A stretch of DNA of 63,996 nucleotides, filler included, from Saprolegnia diclina VS20 (taxonomy: Eukaryota): assembly GCF_000281045.1 (NCBI RefSeq). It is 6 parts of 2 records of this genome, joined end to end, with 100 filler letters (N's around TTAATTAATTAA, not from the genome) between each part and the next. Parts side by side here need not be neighbours in the genome. Positions count along the whole stretch, not along the records: positions 18,942 to 35,547 come from NW_008246177.1; positions 35,648 to 41,236 come from NW_008246177.1; 4 more parts are not named here. One strand, 5' to 3'. The translations under genes were made by a program, and so were the position numbers. Under the pieces are notes generated by a model. That model was not told the origin of the DNA, searched no databases, and worked only from the letters and a program-made list of their open reading frames with translations. How positions within the stretch are numbered: position 1 is the first letter of the stretch; each line of letters begins with the position of its first letter. Below are positions 22,901 to 37,912 of the stretch, piece after piece.

Positions 22901-23645
22901 AGTCTTTGGGTTAGTTTTTCTATTTGATTTCAACGTGAATACGTTTAATTGATTGATTGAGAGCGTGCCGAATGGGCTCACGAGAGAGAAATAAAACCCA
23001 CAAGGCCAGGTATAGTTAGAACAGATATGAGGCTCATCGAGACAAGAAGCCACAACGCTGGCATGCAACCTACGTAAAAGGCGCGAAATGTGTGAGCTAT
23101 TCTTGTTACAGAATTGAGAGACTGCCTAGGGCGACGAGAGCAAATGACGCATGCAAGGATTGAATAACGGCTCTACAGAAACATGAAAAAGCGCTGCTTT
23201 TCTTACTCCGGCGGTGGTCGTGATGCGCGCTCAACAGGGCGTCTTGGCACATCAGGCACTTCGTTTGGAAGCTTGGCGTCGTCTCACACCCAACTGTTTA
23301 TTTCACTGGTTCGAACAACCGTTTCTGTGTAATCGGTTACCCGTACGGCGGCAGGTTTGGGATCAATGTGCAGCATCGCGACTCCAAACGTGCAGCAAAG
23401 TTGTGCCGCGCTCATCTCGAGCGATTTGCGTCACGATGCCGCGTCGTGTAGTATACTAGTAGATACTACACGCTCGTGTCGTTCAAGATACTTGCCGAGT
23501 TTGGCACAAACCCTCAAGGTCCGATTCACACACTAACATTAGCTGCGCCAAATGTTTCAACAACTCGACACGACGAAGAACCCCAGCATCGGCGTGATCG
23601 GTCTCATTTGCGAATCTGTTTTTGTATTTGCCTCATTTAGCGGAG

Positions 23646-25284
<1,639 letters not shown>

Positions 25285-25399
25285 GTTCCGAGCGAATGTT
25301 CTGGTTCGAGATTTTGGAGTCGTTGGATTCGGATATGTCCTAGTTCTAGAATTTTCATTTAGGTGCAAAGACTATTTTTAGCAAGCGCGGACGCTGAGG

Positions 25400-26574
25400 A
25401 TGGCGGATGCCCTGGAGCCGCGGATCCGAAAGCTATTTGTCGAGACCAAAGGCGCCTATGATGCGATGCTTCATCGACCTTTCACGCCACAGAAGGTTCA
25501 AATGCATCCGTTCCCGCACGAGATCGACCATGTCGTGCGACCACGATCGCCACTGAAGTCGCCACGAGGACCGCTGGTAAAGATGCCGACAACCACGGAC
25601 TCGTTGCCAAAATCTGCCAGTTGCAGCGTGAGATTCTTCCTGTGGTGTTATGATGTGAGCTGATGTTGCAATAGTCGCTACCACCAGCCAGGGCTGCTGT
25701 CGAAAAACAGCTTCCACGCATCACAAGCTCTGCAATGCGCGACCAGAACCTCAGCAAGGACCCCGTCGGTCGTCGAAGCAGGTATATGTTCGTTCGGATC
25801 GCATAAATGTTACCGCTTGGCCTAGTTCGCGGGGATCAATCGCTACCTATCAGACGGCAAACGAATCGGTGCTTGATGAAATGCGGGGTGAGAACTTCGA
25901 AGATCACGGACGCAGATGCGATCCCTTCCGTAGCGTTCGTGTTGATGAAGCGCCGCGAGCGCAAATCAGCAACAACGGAGACGGAAGTGAACGTGACAAA
26001 AAACGTCGTGCAGCGCAAGGTCACTAGGGGCATCGAGCTGCACATGCAGTGCCACCTTGAGTTCAATCATTTGCACAATCGTGCGACGCGCCACCTGAAC
26101 GTACACCCAGATCCCACGACGAATTTCGGTGCTGCCCTCGAGACGCCACCGGGACGCATTAGCCCATTCAAAATCCAGCAAAAAGACACGTCCGAGGGCA
26201 GGAAGAAGAAGAGAGGTAAGCAAGCCACTTACTCTGTCACTTAAGACTCGCGTCCAGAGAGTCTATCGTATCAAAAACTGCTGAGAAAGTTGTCACCGAC
26301 GATCACGAATTCCGCGACGACGTACATCAATCTTTTGCACCTCCTCCAAGCCTGTCGTGTGTGTGGCGGCCGCGTCACATTCTGCACCACTTGTCAAACT
26401 CACGCCAACGAGTACTTCCACACGTTCTCTCCAGCAGAACTCGAGAAGACGTACGGAAAGCAACTGCCGCTGCCCGACAACACCAAGGTGGCCGACTACA
26501 GTGCTTATCTGCGCGCCCGCGAAGTTGCTACCGTACGCAAAGGTGAAACAAAGCAGCTCGAAGATCGTAACTAA
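25400..26574 (+). CDS. Hypothetical protein, multi-exon, divergent from the kinase (115 bp between ATGs)
   Basis: ATG 25400, several GT-AG-bounded exons, last exon with CRVC...CTTC. Confidence 0.55.
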
Positions 26575-26733
26575 GACGTTATTTCTTGACGCACGAGGTT
26601 ATTTTGTTACCTACGAATTCGAGCCCTTGCCCTTTTCGGCAATCGTCGGCCAGGCTTGCTGGTTGACGACGACTGCGTCATGCATGTCTGGTGGGGTTCG
26701 CATACAAATTAAAGGCACAGTAACCTAGCCGCG

Positions 26734-27993
26734 TCACGACGAGGCAGCACCACTAGCTGCGGCTTGTGTCTGAACGGTGCTTCGGTCTTGAAACGCGATT
26801 GTGAGCGGCCTCGCCTTCTTGAGCGGCGGTGACTCCGGCAGCGCCAATGGCTCCAAACGTCGCTTTGGTGTCGCGTTGATGACATTTCGCGCATCGCGAA
26901 GCAAGCCGACGACATCAACGGACGCCGTGAAGTTCGAAACAATCTGCTCGTAGGTCGCGCTCGTGTCATCGGTGATGGTCGGTGAGAACTCTGGCACAAA
27001 TCCATACGCCTTTTGGTCGCGGTACGCATGGTGTGCAAAGTACTGACGCACGCTGCGCTCGCAGTTAGCAAGGCAGTAGTACCCTTCAGCGGGCAGCCGA
27101 TTGAAGACGGCTCCAAGAACGCGGAGGCCTGCGGCCTCAAAGTAGCTCGCGTTGAGATTAAACGAGTCGACCTACACAAGGATGTGTCACAAAAGTTCAT
27201 CATCCCAACCATTATACCGCATCACCAACGCCAGGTTTACCCACGAGCAAAACCGAAATTGGGCGTAGTGCCGAAGCGACATCAGCGTTGGAGACACCAC
27301 AAATTGACCCAACACTTGGATAGCCCACGCCATCGACAACAACGATGCGTTTGCCCCGGGACAGGCCACGAACGGCGTCGCGAATGCTGTCGAGCAGCAC
27401 GCTGCTTGCTGCTTGTTGATCCGGCTGGTCCAAAAACGACCGTGTAAAGCCAGAGAAGAAGACGACGGGACCGATCGGAACAGCGGCAATCCCTAAAACA
27501 TCGTCGCGTGAAATGCATACGTTTCGGGCAAATACAAGACCGTGATGAGTACAAAAGGTCGATATCATTTGCGGCGCCTCACATTGTGTCGTGGGTTTGA
27601 TATAGGCGAGCTCGTCGGCGCGGTATCTAATGGGATAAAGCGGAGATGACGAAGTGCCTAAAACTCAGTGTACCCGAGCTTGAGAAAGGCGCCGAGGAGA
27701 GCCATGCACGTTGTCGATTTACCGACCTGGGATTTGTCACCTGCGACGAAGAGTCGAAGTGGCTCGCTGGACGGCGGCGGCAACCAGTGAATATGACGGC
27801 GAAGAAGCTTGGCAAGCTCGTTGACGTTGGCGCACGTCACTGCCGAGGCACCGCTGCCGACAGTGATGACAAGAGGGTCGTTGCTCAGCGCAATCGTTAG
27901 ATGCACGTCCATCACTGGCTCAAGGCCACGAACGAGCGCAACCGCCGCTCGCAGAGCGCCGGATTCCGACCCGCGGACGTGGACAGCGACCAT
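26734..27993 (-). CDS. Stand-alone dethiobiotin-synthetase-like (BioD/AAA_26, SIMIBI class) P-loop NTPase, 4 exons
   Basis: LFVAGDKSQVGKSTT (Walker A), AYIKP, VVVDGVG, NADVA, LGAVFNR. Three roughly 45-bp GT-AG introns restore the frame. Confidence 0.8.
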
Positions 27994-28877
27994 GGGGAGC
28001 GGCAACGAATGCTCAAGACGACAGTATTTTGAGCAGAATATTTATTAAGGAGATTGTATAGAGCCAAGCACCATTTTTTCTGGGACGTGAGGCAAGAACT
28101 ATTTTTAGAAATTCGGCGTTGTGGCGATGGGATACCTCCTTGGTTTGCATGCAGAATGAGGATGAAATAGGCAGGTCTAAAGAAGCGACCAAGGTCTTTA
28201 ATAAGAGGAAGTTGCCCGAAGGCCGCGTAGATTGAGTTCACCAAAAATATATGTCTTTGATTATAGGCTCCAGCCTTGTTGCGCTAGTTCAGGTTCAAAC
28301 ATCGGAAGACTCATTGCCAAAGATTGAGATAGGATGGCCGAGCCAAAATGCAGCATCGAGCATTTACATAACGTTTCCGGTAAAATTGCACCATTTCCTT
28401 CAATTGTCCAGGATGTGTTAAATGAGCTTGCATTCCATAAGCCCACAACCCAGCACTTCCATACCAATAGTTCAATACGCACCCTTTATGCTGGTAACGT
28501 TAGGAACGTTTACGTGGTGGTGTACCAGCATCCCAGGGGATTAATTCGTATTTTCTGGCCAACCCATTGGCTATAATTTACGACACTTTGGCTAATGAAA
28601 CGCAGTTTCATTGGTCTAAGCCAATCACATCGCGCGGGAAATATCCAGTGAAGTGCGATTTTGTTGTCCCTGTTAAGTGCTGTCCCATGTGGGACATTTT
28701 ACTATATTAAGTACGACGCACTTATGAGAGCACATATCGTACATCAGGTATTTCCGCACCTAATCGCAATGCGGCTGCATTTGGATTGCAAAAGCGCGCG
28801 AAGACTGCAGCAAGCGACGACGGCGTGTTGGCCCGGAAAAGTCTGCACACCGCAGCGCAGCGAAGGTCGAGTGTTGG

Positions 28878-28923
28878 CTTTTGTCTAGCCCAACGCACCG
28901 CTTTTGTCTAGCCCAACGCACCG
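28878..28923. repeat. 23-bp tandem duplication CTTTTGTCTAGCCCAACGCACCG x2
   Basis: Exact adjacent copies. Confidence 0.9.
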
Positions 28924-29397
28924 TCGTCGCAATACTGTGAATCGACGCTTCGCATTCATTACAAAAGTTCCTACCAGCTCACCCCGGAAGGGACCTGTTC
29001 CTCCCGTCAGAATATTTTGCCGTGACGACGACACTCCTCGGCAACGAAGCTTCCATGAAAGTGCCGGCTTATCACACTAAATTTGTTCTCTACATGTACG
29101 AAAAAGTGTTGCCAAGCGTTCCCATCAAAGTTGAAGTCGTAATCTAGCGTTTGGGAGAAGACCAATACTTTAGCCATCTAGATACTTGTTGGATAAATTA
29201 ACGAACTACTTGTGATATTATAATACTATCTCTGGTACTATCTTACTCGGGTACCGGTATCCACAAAAACCTGTGATCTCCTGGTCCACCAGCTACGACC
29301 TATTGGGACAGCCCGCCATACACTATTTCGCTGTTCTATATTATCCGGATGCCGTTGGCGGCGCACAACACGATCGTTGTATTTGGGGTCACGAGAG

Positions 29398-32300
29398 ATG
29401 GACGAGAAAGATTCTCCAACGAGTGACCAGAGCTCCGTCACGTCGTTCGGGTCCATCGACACGGACGAAGCTGGCCTCAGGACGTCGAAGAGGCGTGGAA
29501 GCCTGTCGCGATCGAAGCGTAGCGCCATCGGGCTGCGCACAGCCGCAGCGCGAAAGCGACGGAAGCTGGAGTCGGGGGTGGTCTCACCAGAGAGTCCGGC
29601 GCCCGATGACGCGAGTGCGGAAGAAATTGAAGCTCTACAACAAGCCAAACAAGCCATCATGGACCAGCTGGAGGCGCTTGACCGTGTATCACCTGCATCG
29701 CCGTTGTCGCTGGTCGATGGCGTCGTGACGACCGCGGCTCCTCCCGTCGTACTGAGCCGCCGAACAAGCCGAGCGACGCTGCCAAACGCGTTGCAAACAG
29801 ACGCCACTGCAAGTTTCCGGCACTGGGACTTTCTTCTGCAAGAAATGCAGTGGATGGCGACGGACTTTACCCAGGAGCGCAAGTGGCGCCTGCGCAAGGC
29901 AAAGATGCTGTCTGTCTCTGTGCTCAGCCACCACAACAAGAAAGCGACAGCTGCCACACGCTCGTCCCAGCACGAAGAAGCGCACCGAAAGCGTTTGGCG
30001 GCCAAGATTGGTCGCGACGTCAAGAAGTTTTGGCTCCAGATCGACAAGGTTGTCGCACATCAGTTCAAGGTCGCGGAAGATGCGCGGCAAAAAGACGAGA
30101 TGGAGTTCCAGCTTCAGTTTCTCGTCGCGCAGACAGAAAACTACGCGACCGCTCTCGCTACGACGTTTGCGCTACCGATGGACGCCGAAGCATCCGAAGG
30201 AAGCGCCGTCGAAACGACAGACGAGCATGTGCTGCGCAACGACGTCGACTCGGATGGCGACTTTGTCATGCAAAGTGGAGACGTCCTTGATGATGAGACG
30301 ACCATCGCCTTTGAGGAGGCTGCCCAGTCCGCCGAAGACACGGCGCTCGAGCTCGCGTTGCTTGACGAAGAAGGACAGCTCTCGATTGACGAGCTTCGGG
30401 CGCGCTATGCTGCTATGGCTTATTGTGACACCGACTCGCACGTGGGGGCACACCATGTAGCGCACGACAGCCCCCGCGCTGGGGACCGTGACGGTGACGA
30501 CGAAGACTATTCATTGGGCAGTGACATCGATGATGACGACGAGACGACAATCGCAGCCGAAGAAGCGGCTCAGACGGCTGAAGACACCAAAAACGAGCTT
30601 GCCGAGCTGGAAGCGGACGCCAACCTCTCGATCGATGAGCTGCGGGCCAAATACTCATCTGCGGAAGCGCCATCGGACGATGCTGTGTCGCACGACGGTG
30701 ACTTTGAAATGGAGACCGAGTCTGGTGACGACGAGTCGACGATCGCGATCGAAGAAGCGGCGCAGTCGGCGCAAGACACGGCAGACGAGCTCGCTCAATT
30801 GGAGGCCGACGCGGACATGTCGATTGAAGAACTACGGGCGCGCTACGTTGTCGCGGGCGCGTCTGAGATCGGATCGAGCGACAGCGATGTGGGCATTGAA
30901 ACCGATTTTTTGGACGAAGAGACGACCAAACGGGTTACGCGTCCGGTGCGAGGCCACACAGGCACACTCGCGCAGCTGACTGCAAGCACCAACTCGTCGG
31001 GAAGCGTGCAGGCAGCTCAGGCATCTGCAACGAGCGTCCGTGCTGGTGTCTCCCAAACGGAGCAAGATCTTTGGGAAGTTGTTGGTGTCGCGCGCCCATT
31101 TTTGCTGCGCCCGTCCCTGCATCTCCGCGCATACCAGACTGCAGGTATGTCGATCATTGAACCAATACGGCCCTCATCGGTGATGGGATCAGGCGTCGCG
31201 TGGCTGCTATCGCTCGCGCATAACCGCATGAATGGCATCTTGGCGGATGAAATGGGTCTCGGGAAGACAATTCAGACCATTTCAATGCTGGCGGCGCTCG
31301 CGACAGAAGGGTATCTATCTCTCGTACCTGTCTAGCACATTGAAATATAGTGCGTTAGGATCTGGGGGCCCCACCTCATTGTCGTGCCGACGTCGTGCAT
31401 TCTCAACTGGGAGATGGAGCTAAAGCGCTGGTGCCCCGCGTTCAAGATCATGACGTACTATGGTAGTGCCAAGCGGCGAAAAGATCTGAGGTACGGCGAT
31501 TGCTTCTCTGGTGTGGTGTTGAGTCCAAGCGTATGTGCTAGAAATGGATGGTCAAAGACCAACGCCTTCCAAGTTTGCATCACGTCGTACCAGCTCGTGG
31601 TCGCGGACGCACCGTGCTTCAAGCGCAAGAAATGGTATTACCTAGTCCTGGACGAAGCCCACAACATCAAGAACTGGAAGTCTCAGCGCTGGCAAACGCT
31701 CCTGACGTTCAACACGCAGCGTCGGCTTCTTCTCACAGGTACACCACTTGTGCAAAAACTGTATAGATCATCATGTGGAGGCAGGCACGCCGCTGCAAAA
31801 CAACCTCATGGAGCTCTGGTCGCTCATGCACTTTTTGATGCCACACCTCTTTCGGTCACGGGCACAGTTCACGTACTGGTTCAACAACCCGCTCAACGCA
31901 ATGGTGCGTGTAGTGATTGCCTCGCGCGACTATACTAATTTTCGATGTAGGTGGAAGGTGAAGCGGCGGTGAATGCGTCGCTCGTCGCGCGTCTTCATCG
32001 CATCATCCGGCCCTTTGTCTTGCGCCGCCTAAAGAAAGACGTGGCCAAGCAAATGGTAGTACAATATGATGTTCTTGCGATACGGTACTTTACGCGTTTT
32101 TAGCCCGGCAAGTTTGAGCACGTTCTAATGTGCCCACTCTCGAAGCGGCAAACGTTCCTCTACGAAGACTTCATGGCCCGCTCGAGCACGCGCAAGGCAA
32201 TGGCGGGCGGCAACTTTGTCGGCATGATGAACGTACTCATGCAGCTCCGCAAGGTGTGCAACCACCCAGACCTCTTTGAGCCGCGACCAATCTCGTCGCC

Positions 32301-35300
32301 GTGGGACGTGCCGCCGCTAACGCTCACGTACCCGCTCTCGGCCAGCGCCCTCGCCAAGGACCCGCCACCGTGCGTTCCTCTACTTGAAGCCAGCGGTGTG
32401 GCGGAGCGGCTCTTGCAGTCGTCGTCAACTCTCGTTGTTGATGACGTGTTCTTGGCGCCACCAATCGTGCCGGACAGCGCCCACCCACTGGTGAAATCGT
32501 TCATGGTGGAGCGTGGCGCTCTGCTAGCGCTTGCGTGCCAGACTAGGCAGTCGACGCTGGTGGCGATCAACTGGCGTCGTTGCCAGAGCCATGTTCCGCT
32601 TTTGACACATGAGATGCTTCACGCGTGCACGCTGCCGCAACTAATTTCGGCGGCGATGGATGTTCACGCTCGGCCAAACGCAGCATCAGACACGTTGCAG
32701 GCTCTGGTCGTGTCCGGGCACCGCCGATTTGCAGCGGTCGCGTCGTTGCTGCCCCACGTGCTATGTTACGTACACGCCGTGCGCACGCGTTCAGTTCAAG
32801 TCGACGTATCGGGACCGCTTACAGCTGGGCGCGTCCGCGAGGCTGAACGCTGGGCCGAGACTTCCGCTGCGGTAACTTGTGGGAGCGTGAAACGCGGGTG
32901 CTGAATGGTTCATACTAGATTCGCGAGTCGTTGGCGCCATTAACGACTGCTCTACACCACGTCGTGCAGCGCAGCCACCTGTTTTTCCCAGACAAGCGGC
33001 TCGTACAGTTTGACTGCGGTAAGCTGCAGCAACTCGACCGGCTTTTGCGCGACCTCAAGCGCGATGGCCACCGATGCCTCATTTTTTCGCAAATGAGCTC
33101 GATGCTAAACATTCTCGAGATCTTCCTCAACATTCATGGGTACGGACCGCGATACAGTGCGTACGCTCCGGTGACTGATGAATTGGTGTAGTCACACGTA
33201 CTTTCGCCTCGATGGGTCGACACCGGTCGAGAAGCGGCAGCGACTCATGGACCGATTCAACGCCGACGAGAAGGTTTTCTGTTTCATCTTGTCGACACGC
33301 AGCGGCGGTCTCGGCATCAACTTGACGGGCGCGGACACGGTCATCTTTTACGACAGTGACTGGAACCCTGCGATGGATGCGCAGGCCCAAGACCGCGCGC
33401 ACCGCATTGGCCAGACGCGGGACGTGCACATCTACCGCCTCGTGTCCGAGCACACGGTCGAAGAAAACATCTTGCGCAAGGCGCAGCAGAAGCGTCATTT
33501 GGACGTTCTTGTCATGGCGGTGTGATCCTATTTTGTACATGGCGATCCTCAATTGTGTGTATAGGAAGGGCAGTTCACAACAGAGTACTTTACGAAAGCA
33601 AGCCTTCGCGACCTCGTCACGCCCGAGGCAATGCGGGACGCGGCAGACGGCGACGACGAGGCGCTCGATATGTCAGCGGTCGAAAATGCGATGGCTCAGA
33701 TAGAAGATGTCGAAGATGTGGCGGCAATGCAGGCCGCCAAGGCTGCGCAGCGAGTTGAGAAGGAGGAAGACGACGCTGGCTTTGACGATGACGTTGTTGA
33801 CGCAGCCTCGATTGCGGCCGACATGGATAACGATACAGCGCTGCTGCACGATGTGATTGAAGAGCAGCTTCGATCCATCGATCGTATGGCGATCGGCTTC
33901 CGCACGCACATCGACCCAATGTTTGTGGCTCTGCCCACCGTCTCCATGGAGACGATTCACGCGCAAGACGAGCTTGAGCTTGAGCGCATTGAGGCGGAGA
34001 AGATCGTCGAAGAAGAGTCCGTCATTGAAGACGGCGACCTTATCGTTGCAGGTATATATAACCGATATGTAGCTGCGATATGCCAAACGGTTTGCGTAGA
34101 AATGTCGCCTGCGTTGTCCGTGCAGCAACGAGTGTATCAACAAGAACGCCGGCAGGTGCTTCGAGCTAGGCGTCTTCGCGCCATCTCGGGCACGGCATGG
34201 AAGATCCTTACCTGTCTCAAGTCGTCGCTGCCATTTTACTTGAACGAAGACACGCGGGAGGCGCAGTGGGAGCGTCCACGCATCTTGCTGAAGAACCAAG
34301 AGGACCGCACGGCCCGAGACGGGGGCTACGCGAGCCTCCCGGTCGACGTGCTCGCGCGCATTGCTGTTTTTACGACACCATTGGAACGGTACGCATACTG
34401 GCACGAAAGTCTCTCATTCGCTGTAGTTTGACATCGATGGCGCGCGTGTGCAAGTCCTGGTCGCAGTTAGCACTTCACTCGCAATTCTACGTGCGATTGC
34501 ATTCAGAGGCTGGGGTCGAACGGCTCTCGACGCTGCTATCTGGCGACACGGTGGTGCTGGGCAGCGGTATTCACCGAGTCCCACACACGGTCATCATTCG
34601 AACGCGCGTTCGCCTCCTCGCACCACTCAACGGTGCGAAGTTTTTTCACTTGGTTACTCATCAGGGTGCAACAGGTGGTACATCTACAATGCTTCTGGCG
34701 CCTGGTGCTCAACTCCAGTGGCATGCAAACGGCGGCGAGATTCGTGGCCTCCACATTGCCGGCGCTGAGTCTTTTGACGCGACGTCACAAATGCCGCTTG
34801 TCGTGGTCCCGCCGGGAGGGCACATCGCCGTGGTAAATTGTGACCTTACCGGTGGCGACGCTTGCGTCGCAGTCCACGGTGGTGTTGCTGTAATCCTTGA
34901 CTCGACCTTGCACGACGCCCGCGGGTACGTTGTTGCACTGCATCCAAACAACGCAATAACGACGGTAGGTCGGGTGTCGTCGTTGCTGGTGGCTCTGCAG
35001 TCGTCGTGGCCACCAAGCTGCGTAACCATGGCCAGTGTGGCATCTCGGTTCTGCATGGCACAGGCATCTTCCGGAAAAACACGTTTGAACGTAACCGCCG
35101 GTACGGCATCCGACTGCTCACAGGCACACAGCTCGCGACGGTTGATGGAAACCGGTTTATTGGCAATGGCTGTGGCGCCCTCGACCTCGAGCACTCGAGT
35201 CGACGCATCGTCGTGCGCCAGAGTCAAATTGTTCCCGACGACGTGCCGGTACGTTGTGTATTGCATGCATACAATCGACATATATATATAATCCGTTGCC

Positions 35301-35434
35301 TGTAGATTGTGCAAAAGCCTCATTCGCACCAAGCGGTAAAGCTGCAAGGCTTGCAGCTCGAGGATTTGTGCCGGGAGAAGCCACAGAAGGAGGTGCGCAA
35401 GAAAAAGGTCAAGGTGCCTACGGACCACGTTTAA
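29398..35434 (+). CDS. SWR1: SWR1/SRCAP/PIE1-type SNF2 chromatin-remodelling ATPase with C-terminal WW, F-box and beta-helix regions
   Basis: HSA ([22 protein letters not shown]), [77 protein letters not shown]. The spliced frame runs on to ...VPTDHV-TAA at 35434. Confidence 0.93.
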
Positions 35435-35647
35435 CAAAATTAAGTTATTTGACTTCGCAGCCTTTCCGTTTCGAGGTAATACTGGTTTCAGCGTACATTC
35501 GAAAGCTTGGTGCCTCGAAGTGCAAGTTCAAAAATGCGCAGGACAATNNNNNNNNNNNNNNNNNNNNNNNNNNNNNNNNNNNNNNNNNNNNTTAATTAAT
35601 TAANNNNNNNNNNNNNNNNNNNNNNNNNNNNNNNNNNNNNNNNNNNN

Positions 35648-36170
35648 CGTGTGCCACGCCAGCGAGGCGGCGTGTGTCGGCGCGTCGGCCTGCGTCGATC
35701 TGAATACCTGCGTTTCTTCCGTCTTGTCTTCATTCATCTTGAGGTCCCGGCGGGCGAAGACGGCTGGCGCCGCCATTTTGATCCTGGTCATGACCGCGTC
35801 GTCGTCACAGATGAAGTCCGAGTCATCGGCGTAGGCGACCGTGTTGGCGAGGAGGTCGTCGGTTGCGCTGAGCGTCTGCGCGAGGTCTATGAGCGCGGCG
35901 TCGAGGTACACGATGAACAGCGCCGGCGACAGCGAGTCACCTTGTGGCGTGCCAATGTTGGTCGCGAACGGAGTGTGCAACTTGCCATCAAGTCGCAGTC
36001 GGAGCGTCGCGGTCGTGAGCAGCATGCGAACCAGGCGTACTTCATCGTCGTCGAGGAAGCCTTGGAGCACGGTGAGGAGCTTCGCGCGGTCGATCGTGTC
36101 GAACGCGCGTGAGAAGTCAATACCTAGGATAGAGAAGTGCTCTTCATACTGGCGGATCGCACGAGCATGC
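35648..36170 (-). mobile_element. Non-LTR (LINE) retrotransposon reverse transcriptase fragment
   Basis: GIDFSRAFDTI, GTPQGDSLSPALF, AYADD, LKMNEDKTE. Cut by the scaffold end. Confidence 0.92.
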
Positions 36171-36870
36171 GCTTTCTCACCAAGTCCATATCGTTTGGTC
36201 GCCGGCGCGGCATCACGCCTGCGGGCATTTCGACCTCTCGACATAGCATATCGTTCGCCGCCCAACAAGTGACAGGATTAGTTTGGAGGCCGTATGAAAA
36301 GTCGTGTTTGAATAGCAAACACAGTACGAGGTCAGCCGAGGGTCACTTGGTAGCGCTGAGGATGGCTTATTGGGTCGCTCAACAGGTCAGGCTCAGACGG
36401 AAGACTTGTCCAAAGACCAAAGCAGTCTATTTACGTATCAAGTCCAATCTGGCTCCTAGCTCGATATGCAGCACAACGCCTCTGGTTTGGAAGTTGCTCT
36501 TGATGCTGCGGATCATATCTGTTCGTGCCGCGGCCGGCATGAACTACCATTTCGTGGCGTTGGCATGCCCCGTCCGCCCCTTAGCATCAATCCGCGTGCG
36601 GACCTTGGGTGCCCGAACTGCTGAGCGGCCATAATGCTGCGCTACAAGGACCGTCACGCCGGCAAGGAATAGCGCAGTCGCCCTGTCGCTGGGAAACGAG
36701 CTCACCAAGTACCGATCATGGTCAAAGCCGAGGCTCTACATTGTGTGCTTGAGCACCGTCAAGACCATGCGCGGGTAACGCGAAGCGGCGGAGATGGTCG
36801 GCCGGCGCCAATTGTGCCGTTTCCAAGCAGTGGAAGAGGTTTTCCGCACAAGTCCGAGCGATCCAGAATA

Positions 36871-36946
36871 TCAAGATCCAAAACGAAAACGCAAGATCCA
36901 CCCTCCCACCCTCCCACCCTCCCAAGATCCAAGATCCAAGATCCAG
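36871..36946. repeat. Clustered CAAGATC and CCCTCCCA short repeats
   Basis: caagatc occurs 5 times (three in tandem) around ccaccctcccaccctcccaccctccc. Confidence 0.7.
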
Positions 36947-37246
36947 GCGCAGAGCAAGCGAGCTCAAGCCATTTCCAAATTGGTAGTCAAGTAGCTAACC
37001 CGCCTCGCCCACCACTGGCACGGCGGACACCAACACGGTTGTTGCCCCCAAGTAGTTCGGTCTTGATTGAGGAACTCGCGCTTGCTGTTGGGCATGAGGA
37101 AGCACGCAGCGCGGTCCGGGCAGAGTCGCGCCTGCGACGACGAACGCGGCCTGCGCTGTCCATGCGCGCTGTCGATGAGCGCTTTACTGCTTCTAAGCAA
37201 GAGCCATCATCGTCGTTGTCATCCGGTCTCTGTAATATGAATGCGA

Positions 37247-37912
37247 CTAGGGTGAGCCCAGTGGCCCTACGGCCACTCTTTTAGCGTATAGGAGTTGGTG
37301 GATACGATGGTTGTAGGCATATATTAATGAAGATGTAGTGCTCATCGCTGTGTGGTCTGTCGCGTCGAGAACCTCGTGAGCTGCTAGTGCGAAAACAGGT
37401 TCCGGAAGGTAACCAAACACCAACGCAAGGGACCGTCTGACCTTGGGACTTGTAAATAGTCATCGCAAATGCGAGACAAACAGGGAACTTAGACACTTGA
37501 GCTGGAATGGCAGCGTGTTGTGCGGACCGTTGTTGATAAGCGTGATGCGAGGTATGAAGACAACGTCGCCAGCATGCGCACCGGTCAATATAGTAGCCTC
37601 AATGCATCGACCTCGCAAAGCGCGAACCATGAGTCGAGTTCCATTGCATAAGCCTCGTCTTGAGCACAGGTTGCACAAGAGCACGACAGTGGCGTTGATC
37701 TTGAGCTGGAGACGGTGCGGTGGGAAGCCGGCGATGTTGATGGAGTTGATAAACTCTACTGGAAAGTTGATAGCAGCTCCTTCTTGCAGAAGATCGGAGT
37801 CGTCGTTCTGTAGTTCCTTGTGGCTCGATGTCTCGTGCCGGAGCTACTTTAATCGCTACCTCGCCTGCACGCTGGATGGCAACGTTGATGCCTTCTGTCG
37901 ATCGAGGCGAAC
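37247..37912 (-). mobile_element. Helitron 3' portion: frameshifted PIF1 helicase plus canonical 3' terminus
   Basis: FPPHRLQLK, GLCNGTRLMV, VFIPRI, FPVCLAFAMTIYKSQGQT in shifting frames. Hairpin AGTGGCC-4nt-GGCCACT (37260-37277) lies 9 nt before the terminal CTAG (37247-37250), followed by T on the minus strand. Confidence 0.92.

Noticed and set aside
20999..22914. Short ORFs in the 21-23 kb region
   Set aside because: No recognisable motifs or codon bias; probably decayed TE or intergenic sequence.
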